DNA from: Nitrososphaerales archaeon
GTDB lineage: Archaea; Thermoproteota; Nitrososphaeria; Nitrososphaerales; CADDZS01
Reading direction: 5' to 3'
Assembly: GCA_030041295.1 (NCBI GenBank)
Contig: JASHOD010000038.1
Coordinates: 2,973-34,972, forward strand
DNA: 32,000 nt
Part shown: in pieces, positions 16,753 to 23,743 of the stretch
How the letters are laid out: each line of letters starts with the position of its first letter
How positions within the stretch are numbered: the first letter of the stretch is position 1
Made by a program: the position numbers and the translations under genes
The notes under the pieces: model-generated
The model's input: the letters and a program-made list of their open reading frames with translations, nothing else
Database searches by the model: none
Told to the model about the DNA's origin: nothing

Positions 16753-18036
16753 TCAGCTTGTCCTACCTCTTGTCTGCATTCCGTTGTAGTATCTGATTCC
16801 AAAATCGCGAAGTTCCCTCCCGCGGATAGACCACTCCTTTTGCTTGTCGACTTGCAGAACGGCGATTCTATCCATGCAGCCAAAACAGGGGTCCATTCCT
16901 GTGAGAACTATCGGAACATCGGCGAGAGTGTATCCCTTTAGCATTGAGATTACTGTAAGGACGTTTGCCATGGTTGGTGTCCTAATTTTCACGCGTTCTG
17001 GGATGGTACCTCCTGGTGAGCGTACATAGTAGAATAATTCACCTCGCGGAGCTTCGACATGGAACGCATTTTCTCCCTTCGGAACAGATCTAGGAGCCGT
17101 CAACTTCACCGGGCCACTGGGGATCTTTTCCAATGCCTCTAGTACTAATCTGCATGATTCAAGAGCTTCTTCTGCCCTAATAACTAGGAGCGAAGCAATA
17201 TCTCCATCGGTGCTCGACTTTACTTCAGGTATTATCTCGTCGTAGGCCGCATAAGGATCTTCGACCCTTACATCCCTTGCAATCCCTGTGCTCCGTAATA
17301 GTGGGCCCACCGGGGAGAATTTTCTCGCAATATCTGAATCGATCTTTCCGACTCCCTTCGTTCTAGATACGAGGGTTTCTTCGCTTGTGACCAGTTCTTT
17401 GTAGTATTTGATTCTCCTTTGGAGATAGTCCATTTCTTTCTTAATGCGGGGCTCTATGTTGTCAGGTAGATCTTTTCTTACACCAGTTAATGTACTGTAT
17501 GATTTGTGTACCCTGTTTCCTGTGATAGCTTCTACAAGATCGAGGACGTGCTCGCGATCTTTCCAGATCCACATGAAGAGCGTATCAAAACCAGTCCAAT
17601 ATCCGACCAGCCCGAGCCAGAGCATGTGTGAGTGGATACGCTCGAGTTCGGCCACGATTACCCTGATGTAGCGAGCTCGCCTCGGAACTTCGAACTGCAA
17701 AATGCCCTCGACAGCCTGCACGTATGATAAGCTGTGCGCAAAACTGCATATCCCGCAGATTCGCTCGAATAGGTAGATGTTCTTGACCCATGTCCTATCC
17801 TGAGCGGCCCGCTCTATTCCTCTGTGTACAAAACCGATTCTCGGTATGGCATCGACAATTTTTTCCCCCTCCAGTATGAGTTTGAAATACTCGGGTTCAT
17901 GAAGCGCGGGATGAACCGGTCCAAAGGGCATAAGATTCTCGGGCGAATACTCCATCAAGCCCGCCGAGACTTCTTTTCTCGGAACCTGACCTTCCTCGCC
18001 GGGAATTGGCTGGTAGTCTTTGTTCTCTTCACTCAA
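16753..18036 (-). CDS. nuoD: NuoD-family subunit that retains both [NiFe] Cys pairs, i.e. a group 4 [NiFe]-hydrogenase large subunit with a 37-aa C-terminal extension
   Basis: 427 aa. N-terminal 'RICGICSFAH' (nt 17734-17763) and C-terminal 'DPCFGCMDR' (nt 16867-16893), followed by 'IAVLQVDKQKEWSIRG...RGRTS'. Bona fide NuoD has lost these cysteines. Confidence 0.9.
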   Translation of the reverse strand: MSEENKDYQPIPGEEGQVPRKEVSAGLMEYSPENLMPFGPVHPALHEPEYFKLILEGEKIVDAIPRIGFVHRGIERAAQDRTWVKNIYLFERICGICSFAHSLSYVQAVEGILQFEVPRRARYIRVIVAELERIHSHMLWLGLVGYWTGFDTLFMWIWKDREHVLDLVEAITGNRVHKSYSTLTGVRKDLPDNIEPRIKKEMDYLQRRIKYYKELVTSEETLVSRTKGVGKIDSDIARKFSPVGPLLRSTGIARDVRVEDPYAAYDEIIPEVKSSTDGDIASLLVIRAEEALESCRLVLEALEKIPSGPVKLTAPRSVPKGENAFHVEAPRGELFYYVRSPGGTIPERVKIRTPTMANVLTVISMLKGYTLADVPIVLTGMDPCFGCMDRIAVLQVDKQKEWSIRGRELRDFGIRYYNGMQTRGRTS

Positions 18037-18490
18037 GTCCCATCATCTTTCTAATTTTTGCAGGATCTGCTTCCTTTCTCAGTGGAGGGGGCGCTTCAGC
18101 TGGATAAGAATCTGGCAGGATCAGTTTTTGTCGGCAGACAGGATTTCCTTCGAACTTTACTCCCAGTAGATCTTTTACTTCTGCCTCATAGAGTAGTGCG
18201 GCCGGAACTATGTCGGAGATTGAATCTATGGTGGAGTCTTGTTTTGGCACGCTGGTCTTAATGGAAAGAAATTCCTTTCCTTTCCAGAAATGGTAAATGA
18301 CGGTAATCATTGCTCCATCATCATATCCTGAAATCGTGGATAGATGGTAATAGTCCGGCATTTCTTGCTTGAAAATTCTGAAGGCATCCCGGATCCTATC
18401 AGGGCATACGGTCAGGATAGTCGACTTACGATCCCTTGTGATTTGGGCTTCGGATCTTACGGCTATTTCCTCGAGCTTTGCATCACTCAC
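18029..18490 (-). CDS. nuoC: NuoC-like subunit
   Basis: 153 aa. 'YHLSTISGYDDG...VIYHFW' and 'ALLYEAEVKDLLGVKFEGNP' match the NuoC/HycE-N/MbhK family. Confidence 0.8.
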   Translation of the reverse strand: MSDAKLEEIAVRSEAQITRDRKSTILTVCPDRIRDAFRIFKQEMPDYYHLSTISGYDDGAMITVIYHFWKGKEFLSIKTSVPKQDSTIDSISDIVPAALLYEAEVKDLLGVKFEGNPVCRQKLILPDSYPAEAPPPLRKEADPAKIRKMMGLE

Positions 18491-18492
18491 GA

Positions 18493-19005
18493 CTATTGTG
18501 ACACCTTACCTTGTCCCAACTGAATGTCCGTGCCCTCTATCTCATCCTTCTCATCTTCTTTCGGCTCCTCTGCGACCACTTCTCGTCTCGGATGCTCACC
18601 AACTAGCGTCAAAATTCCATATAGGATCGCTTCAGGTCGTGGAGGGCATCCGGGAATGAAGAGGTTGACGGGTATGACCTTGTCCACCCCATGGCCAACG
18701 TTGTAGCATCCTTTCATCACGCCTCCGCCTAGCGCACATGCCCCAACTGCCACGACGAGCCGAGGATCAGGCATCTGTTCATAGATTCTCTTCAAGATGT
18801 CTCGCGTCATCGAGTTTGCAGTCCCTGTCACCAGGAGGACGTCCGCGTGGCGAGGGCTCGCGACTAACTCGACTCCTAGTCTTTCAGCATCATAGCGCGG
18901 AATGAGCGAAGCAAGAATTTCAATATCGCATCCGTTGCAAGACGCAGCATTGACGACGAAAACCCAGATTGACCTCTTCCTAGCCCACTTTGTTATGGCA
19001 CTCAA
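18493..19005 (-). CDS. nuoB: NuoB-family [4Fe-4S] subunit of the hydrogenase small-subunit type
   Basis: 170 aa. 'SCNGCDIE' has the C-x-x-C form found in group 4 hydrogenases, not the tandem CC of NuoB. Also 'VGACALGGG' and 'IPGCPPRPE'. Confidence 0.9.
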   Translation of the reverse strand: MSAITKWARKRSIWVFVVNAASCNGCDIEILASLIPRYDAERLGVELVASPRHADVLLVTGTANSMTRDILKRIYEQMPDPRLVVAVGACALGGGVMKGCYNVGHGVDKVIPVNLFIPGCPPRPEAILYGILTLVGEHPRREVVAEEPKEDEKDEIEGTDIQLGQGKVSQ

Positions 19006-19346
19006 ATCTTACCCCCTCCCACGATTAAGAACCACCAGACACTGATCATTATGACCGCGCTGCCCCCTAGGAGAAAGAGCAAGGGGTAGAAATTGCTCGC
19101 CGCTGCGTATGATCCAGCGAGTAAAAGTGCGAAAGCTTCTACGATTAAAAAGAGCATACCGAACACGAAAAGCTCTGATCTGTACACTCCTCTCTTCGGG
19201 ACATCGAGCTCTCCTCCCGTGAAGGGTTCATACTTTACTCCCTTTCCAGACGATCTCTTACCGAGCTTCCCTGCTATAAGATAAATTATGATATCGACAA
19301 CAACAATGAGGACAGGAGCTACTACGACGTCAAGGGTTGATGTCAA
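19002..19346 (-). CDS. nuoA: NuoA-like small membrane subunit
   Basis: 114 aa with 3 TM. 'KYEPFTGGEL...RGVYRSELFVFGMLFLIVEAFALLL' resembles NuoA 'YE(C/S)G...fy...lFiiFDvE'. Its position before nuoB fits. Confidence 0.6.
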   Translation of the reverse strand: MTSTLDVVVAPVLIVVVDIIIYLIAGKLGKRSSGKGVKYEPFTGGELDVPKRGVYRSELFVFGMLFLIVEAFALLLAGSYAAASNFYPLLFLLGGSAVIMISVWWFLIVGGGKI

Positions 19347-19876
19347 TTTTTGTCTATCTCCATTCCAACTATGTAATCGCTCACTCTTTCGACGATTCGA
19401 TCTGCGGAAGAACGCACCGTGTTCGAAAGACCCTCTCCTATCTCCAGGTTCTCTGGCTGAATTCCTACTACGAAAATGCCCGCGAGGCTTGGCCGGAGAT
19501 CAGAAAAAAGTTTCAGCGGAATATTGTGGGTTCCGAAGAACCCGTATTTAGTGTCTGCTAAACTAGCAAAAACAATTGACCCGGGATCTAGGTTTGCCTC
19601 TACTGAATCAATGATTAGAAAAGTTTCGTTAAGCCTCTTCGTTCTCGCGAAATTTGAAAAAACTCTCTCCGGCGTTAACTCCTTGGTAATGCGAACATAT
19701 TTGTTGGGATTGGCTCCGTACCTACGTCTCAGTTTTGAAGCAACATAAAGGCCCGCAAAATCATCACCCTTTATCGGATTGCCAACACCTACAAGTGTCA
19801 CATGCTTTGGCCTATCGACGGAGTCCAAGAAGGCTAGCAACTCATTGGCCCACTTTTCGTCCATAACTTTGCTCAC
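19343..19876 (-). CDS. hycI: HycI-type [NiFe]-hydrogenase maturation endopeptidase
   Basis: 177 aa with a GTG start and a G-rich ribosome-binding site. 'LVGVGNPIKGDDFAG', 'FLIIDSVEANLDPGSI', 'GTHNIPL' and 'VVGIQPENL' parallel E. coli HycI 'LLCVGNSMMGDDGAG', 'LLIVDATDMGLNPGEI', 'TTHNMPL' and 'FLGIQPDIV'. Its stop overlaps the nuoA-like start by 4 nt. Confidence 0.85.
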   Translation of the reverse strand: MSKVMDEKWANELLAFLDSVDRPKHVTLVGVGNPIKGDDFAGLYVASKLRRRYGANPNKYVRITKELTPERVFSNFARTKRLNETFLIIDSVEANLDPGSIVFASLADTKYGFFGTHNIPLKLFSDLRPSLAGIFVVGIQPENLEIGEGLSNTVRSSADRIVERVSDYIVGMEIDKN

Positions 19877-20001
19877 CCAAACGTCCCCCCTTCGCTACAA
19901 GGGCGTTAAAATCAAAACTCAAAAACTTATTCCGATTTATATCGAGAGGTTGTTCTTCCTTGAATTAGACTTGGCTTTTGGACTTTAAAGAGAATACTCA
20001 G

Positions 20002-20019
20002 ATTCTCATTAGTGATAAT
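20002..20019. promoter_or_regulatory. Motif copy ATTCTCA-TTAG-TGATAAT (13/14) upstream of the hycI-nuo hydrogenase operon
   Basis: TATA-like 'ctttaaag' (19983-19990) lies 11 nt toward the operon. A second TATA-like 'atttatat' sits near 19935-19943. On the other side, 'aaatttat' (20030-20037) lies 10 nt away. Confidence 0.5.
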
Positions 20020-20086
20020 AACGAGAACGAAATTTATCTCTTCCATCAAGGGGTAAAAGTAAGCAATGCTAGACAAATTCTAGTCA

Positions 20087-20233
20087 TCAAGTTGGTCTCT
20101 TTCTACGAATGAGGAGCCAAACCTTGCATTTCGGAACAGCATTGAAAGAACTATCTTTGGCCTCGACGTAGTGCATGTTTTTTTCAGAGCAGATACAGCT
20201 CAGCTCGTTTTCAACGACTGGTACATATACCAT
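20087..20233 (-). CDS. Small hypothetical protein (48 aa if started at the MVYV Met)
   Basis: The track ORF 20087..20275 starts at a TTG that abuts a TATA-like 'ttttattt' (rc of 20275-20282). The internal ATG at 20233 fits that promoter better. Sequence: MVYVPVVENELSCICSEKNMHYVEAKDSSFNAVPKCKVWLLIRRKRPT. Confidence 0.3.
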   Translation of the reverse strand: MVYVPVVENELSCICSEKNMHYVEAKDSSFNAVPKCKVWLLIRRKRPT

Positions 20234-20399
20234 AGGTCGCTGTGCCTTTATGACGGGGATGTGCCTTGATTGCAAATAAAATGATTGATCTCTTCATCAT
20301 TAGGCGGTTTCATTTCTTGGTCTGAGACAAGCGCGTAAATATTGGGATATGCCACGTTCTAGTGTGGGGATCTCAGTAGATTTGAGCTCAACAGAAGTT

Positions 20400-20525
20400 A
20401 TGATACTATGCGTCAACTGCGGCGAAAATACAAGGACTTCCATTGAAGGCAGAGTTTGCGTTCAATGCCAGAAACCCGTGCACGAGTGCGACTGTCTCCC
20501 ACTTTGGAAGATAGAAATCGAATAA
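20400..20525 (+). CDS. Small zinc-ribbon-like protein (41 aa), below the ORF-track size cut-off
   Basis: My translation is MILCVNCGENTRTSIEGRVCVQCQKPVHECDCLPLWKIEIE, with C-x2-C ... C-x2-C plus C-x-C. A TATA-like 'taaatatt' lies about 60 nt upstream. Confidence 0.4.
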   Translation: MILCVNCGENTRTSIEGRVCVQCQKPVHECDCLPLWKIEIE

Positions 20526-20628
20526 AAAAGTCTAGAAACTCGCATTATTTTCATGGCTAATGTCAGTAATCAACCATCCTCGAATTTTAAGGACGACGGA
20601 TACTTTTCCAGAATCTCTGAATCGGTGC

Positions 20629-20886
20629 CTACTTTAGCTCGTCGGCCCATTTCCCTAAAAGGTCGGTCGGAAACATTCGCAGTGCCTTTCTGCTTTCAAA
20701 ACCAGTTCCCTTCGTTAGGATAAGATCGATGACCTTCTCTCTCTTATCATAAGCCTTTTCGAGCCTGTTCATTATGTCCTTTAGATCGGTCGACTCTTTT
20801 AGAAACACTTCAATGGGTGTATCCCTTTTCAAGTCTTCAATATCGACAAGCATACGCTTTGTCTCAGCTACTTCTTGACTACTCAT
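20629..20886 (-). CDS. Small charged helical protein (85 aa), unknown function; shortened version of the track ORF 20629..21078
   Basis: The internal ATG at 20884-20886 is preceded by an AGGTGA ribosome-binding site, a TATA-like box (20950-20957) and a motif copy (20968-20985). All three would lie inside the longer ORF. Sequence begins MSSQEVAETKRMLVDIEDLKRD... Confidence 0.55.
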   Translation of the reverse strand: MSSQEVAETKRMLVDIEDLKRDTPIEVFLKESTDLKDIMNRLEKAYDKREKVIDLILTKGTGFESRKALRMFPTDLLGKWADELK

Positions 20887-20967
20887 TTTGACTCTCACCT
20901 TGCCTGCGGCGATCAAGCATGCGCGCATGATCGCCTGAGCGAGAGATCGATAAAAATCCCGCACTCG

Positions 20968-20985
20968 ATTCTCTATTTTGAGAAT
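20968..20985. promoter_or_regulatory. Motif copy ATTCTCT-ATTT-TGAGAAT (13/14) upstream of the 85-aa ORF
   Basis: GATTCTC...GAGAATC arms are perfect. TATA-like 'ataaaaat' (20950-20957) lies 10 nt toward the gene. Confidence 0.55.
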
Positions 20986-21013
20986 CAGGATTAAGAGGCG
21001 AACCCTTGGTCTG

Positions 21014-21379
21014 CTACAGTTGTTGGGAGTTATCGAAGTTGTCAGCAATGGTTTCGGGCTCGAGTTCATCGATAGCATCCACGAGCGGTTTCAGATGACC
21101 TAACACTGGACCGCCGTGCATAAGTACCGCCATTAATCCAGCTTCTATGGTTTCCTCTCTTGTTGCACCTGCGGAAGCCGCGGCCTGAACATGAAATGCA
21201 ATGCACCCATTCGCACTGTGCTGCTACTCCGAGAGCGATATTGATCAGGTCTTTGAACTTGCTGGTAAGGGCAGGACCCTCCTCGGCTTTTCGCATAAAG
21301 TTCATGAAGGCAAGAGTTTCATCAGGATACTCTGCAATCGTTTTACAAGAGCTTCAAACTCTTGCAAGCGATCCTTCAT
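21014..21379 (-). pseudogene. Carboxymuconolactone decarboxylase / AhpD-like (CMD family) gene disrupted by two frameshifts
   Basis: Three frame segments read 'MKDRLQEFEALVKRLQ' | 'EYPDETLAFMNFMRKAEEGPALTSKFKDLINIALGVAAQCEW' | 'CIAFHVQAAASAGATREETIEAGLMAVLMHGGPVLGHLKPLVDAIDEL...'. Joined, they give a canonical CMD protein with the CxxC..H motif. The shifts are at about 21330-21334 (one G missing) and 21206-21208 (one extra G in 'tggg'). Confidence 0.75.
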
Positions 21380-21463
21380 ATGGCCCTGTACGTTTTTCCG
21401 TTGTTTGCAACTATTACACCAAGTGATAGCTCCTCGTTTTTGGAGATTTAAGTACCGTACTTA

Positions 21464-21481
21464 ATTCTCAACTGTCATAAT
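21464..21481. promoter_or_regulatory. Motif copy ATTCTCA-ACTG-TCATAAT (12/14) upstream of the CMD pseudogene
   Basis: The gene-proximal half is perfect. TATA-like 'atttaagt' (21446-21453) lies 10 nt toward the gene. Confidence 0.45.
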
Positions 21482-21665
21482 GACTCTTTGGGCCAAACCC
21501 TACTAATTTGTAACAATAATTGTTTGGCGATCTAATTCCTTAAATTCTTCAAATCAGAATTTTTGGTGAAAAAACTTTAGTTCGCGCAGAGAGATTTCAC
21601 CGAAACGATTTCACGGCAGACAAAAAAGCAAAGGTAGAAAATTCTTCTATGCGTGTTAATATGCG

Positions 21666-22853
21666 GTGATATTCGACCTGTCAGATACCTTGAGCCAACT
21701 TGAGACTGAAGACTCGGAAATAAAGAAAAAGGAAGAGAGCGTAATCTCTTCAGAGTCAACAAGGAAAATCGTCACGTCATCGACTGGCTCTGATACCGCT
21801 GATCCCAAGGTCGCAAAGAAAGACAAATCTCAATCTCTAGATTTTCGAGGTTTTGTCTCTTCCCATCACCTAGCGTTTTCTCTAGCGTTTACTGTTCTCT
21901 TGCTAATTGGCGGAGTTATACTACTCCTATCGTCATTGTCTAGTGTATTTCCTCATAGGGGGATTCCGAGCATTTTTGGTATATCGCTCCCTCAAGAGAT
22001 TGGAATTGTTTTTGCTGCCATTGGAATCCTGTTTTTGATAAGTCCATCATTTTTCAACAGATTCGTGTTCGATGCCCTAAATTATGAAAGAGACCTCAGA
22101 ATTCGGGCGCAAAAATCTACTCGCGAAGCTCAGCTTCTTCAAGATATACTTACGCATGACGTTCGAAATTACAATCAGGTTTCAAAATTGAGCGCGGAAC
22201 TTTTGGCCGAGGAGTTCAAGAATAATGCCAATGCGCAAGAGCTTGTCGACCGCCTCTTGGAGTCAATAGACGGCTCCACTCTTCTGGTTCAGCGTGCGAA
22301 GATGCTCGGGAAAGTAATTTCTGATCAGTCGCTCAATCAGCACCCGGTAAATGTTCTCTCCAGCATAAAACGTTCGATGAACCTGACTACAACTTCAACT
22401 CCCGGGAAGACAATTACCACAGTAGTCAAATTGGGTTCAAATGCAATTGCCCCACTTGACAAATTGGACCCAGAGGCAGAACCTGTAGACGTTATGGCAG
22501 ATGATTTGATCGACGAAGTCTTTGCTAACTTGTTTTCAAACTCGGTCAAGTATTCTAAGGACGGAGAAGATGCTTTTGTTGGGATTGAGATTCAAAGGGA
22601 ACTCGTGAAGGATCTTAAGAACAAGGACTGCTGGAGAATCGCAATCTCAGATACTGGCAAGGGAATTCCCGACGAGTTGAAACCCGCCCTTTTCTCAAGA
22701 TGCTTGGATGGCGCAAAAGGAAGTGGCCTCGGCTTGTCAATAGTTCACGCTCTTGTTGTGGGTCGCTATGAGGGCAAGATTCAAGTCGAAAATAGGAACG
22801 ATAGAGATCATTCAGAAGGAACCGTCGTGGAGCTGTTCCTTCCCGCGGCTTAA
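21666..22853 (+). CDS. Membrane-anchored sensor histidine kinase (no cognate response regulator adjacent)
   Basis: 395 aa with a GTG start. Two TM helices separated by a ~16-aa loop. H-box 'LTHDVRNYNQV', N-box 'FANLFSNSVKYS', G1 'DTGKGIP', G2 'GSGLGLSIV'. Confidence 0.85.
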   Translation: MIFDLSDTLSQLETEDSEIKKKEESVISSESTRKIVTSSTGSDTADPKVAKKDKSQSLDFRGFVSSHHLAFSLAFTVLLLIGGVILLLSSLSSVFPHRGIPSIFGISLPQEIGIVFAAIGILFLISPSFFNRFVFDALNYERDLRIRAQKSTREAQLLQDILTHDVRNYNQVSKLSAELLAEEFKNNANAQELVDRLLESIDGSTLLVQRAKMLGKVISDQSLNQHPVNVLSSIKRSMNLTTTSTPGKTITTVVKLGSNAIAPLDKLDPEAEPVDVMADDLIDEVFANLFSNSVKYSKDGEDAFVGIEIQRELVKDLKNKDCWRIAISDTGKGIPDELKPALFSRCLDGAKGSGLGLSIVHALVVGRYEGKIQVENRNDRDHSEGTVVELFLPAA

Positions 22854-22891
22854 GCAAAGTATTTGCCTTGTAAATCCGCTGCTCTCTCTCC

Positions 22892-23737
22892 CTAAACTTC
22901 GCGCCACCTTGCTTTCCTGCTGGCAATTAGGAAAAGGGCGACGGTCACGGAGATCAGAACTATCCAGTCGATTGTGGCTGTCTCGAAAGATAAAGAAATG
23001 AATCCCGCAACGTTTTGTGCTAACTCTGCAGCATATGTTGTTGGCGACAGATACGCCAAGTATCTGAACGGATACGGAATATAGGTGATGGGATAGTACA
23101 CAGGAGGAATAGTGGAAAACAGCGTGGAGAGCAGCCGGGAAAATGCGAAACTCTGCACAATGTCGCTCGAGAATGTCGCGAAGGTGTAACCGACTGCGAT
23201 AGAGGCGATGAACATCATCAAGAGGATCGCAAGAAATTCCAGAATACCGAACGCGCTTAGATGTAAGAAATAGCTTGCGAGAACACCGAGAACTATTAGC
23301 GCGGGCAGGGAGTAAACTAGTTCAGATGTTGCCATGCCGGCGAGATAGACTCTCCACGAAGTGGGGGAGCTCACGACCATGTCTTGGAGCTTGAAGTCAT
23401 TCTTCAAGTGCGAGAGATCTGTCTGGAGAGACATCCCTGCGGAAAACATGCTCATTATGAAGCCTCCTTCAATTGCGACACCAAGTAAAGCTCCGCGGCT
23501 GACGAATTCTATCAAGACAAGAAGAGAAAGCGGAGAGAGAACAGTGTTCACCAGTACGACGGGATAGTTTCGCATTTCAAAAAGGGCGTTGACGAATATC
23601 GCTGCGATGTACTGGCTGAACCTGTTTCGATGTTGGAGCATGGGGATGTATTCGTCATGTGAAATGCTAGTTTTCTTGCTCGGATCTGCTTCTTCCTCCT
23701 CCTCCTGATTGTCGTTCTTTCCGATCTCTTCTTCCAA
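22892..23737 (-). CDS. ABC-2 type transporter permease
   Basis: 281 aa with an acidic N-terminus followed by ~6 TM. It lies directly downstream of the ABC ATPase (6-nt gap). Confidence 0.75.
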   Translation of the reverse strand: MEEEIGKNDNQEEEEEADPSKKTSISHDEYIPMLQHRNRFSQYIAAIFVNALFEMRNYPVVLVNTVLSPLSLLVLIEFVSRGALLGVAIEGGFIMSMFSAGMSLQTDLSHLKNDFKLQDMVVSSPTSWRVYLAGMATSELVYSLPALIVLGVLASYFLHLSAFGILEFLAILLMMFIASIAVGYTFATFSSDIVQSFAFSRLLSTLFSTIPPVYYPITYIPYPFRYLAYLSPTTYAAELAQNVAGFISLSFETATIDWIVLISVTVALFLIASRKARWREV

Positions 23738-23743
23738 TACTTT

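Noticed and set aside
17315-17326. GAGAATTTTCTC palindrome
   Set aside because: It lies inside the large-subunit coding region and has a different arm arrangement and spacing. Probably a coincidence of codon sequence.
11299-19346. Annotating the operon as a conventional NADH:quinone oxidoreductase (complex I)
   Set aside because: The NuoD homologue retains both NiFe-ligating Cys pairs and a cleavable C-terminal tail. The NuoB homologue has the hydrogenase-type CxxC. A HycI protease is translationally coupled. No NADH-oxidising module is present.
21542-21563. AAATTCT-N7-AGAATTT palindrome upstream of the histidine kinase
   Set aside because: The core arms resemble the motif, but the spacing is one nucleotide shorter and the CA/TG positions are missing. 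It is not counted as a regulon site.
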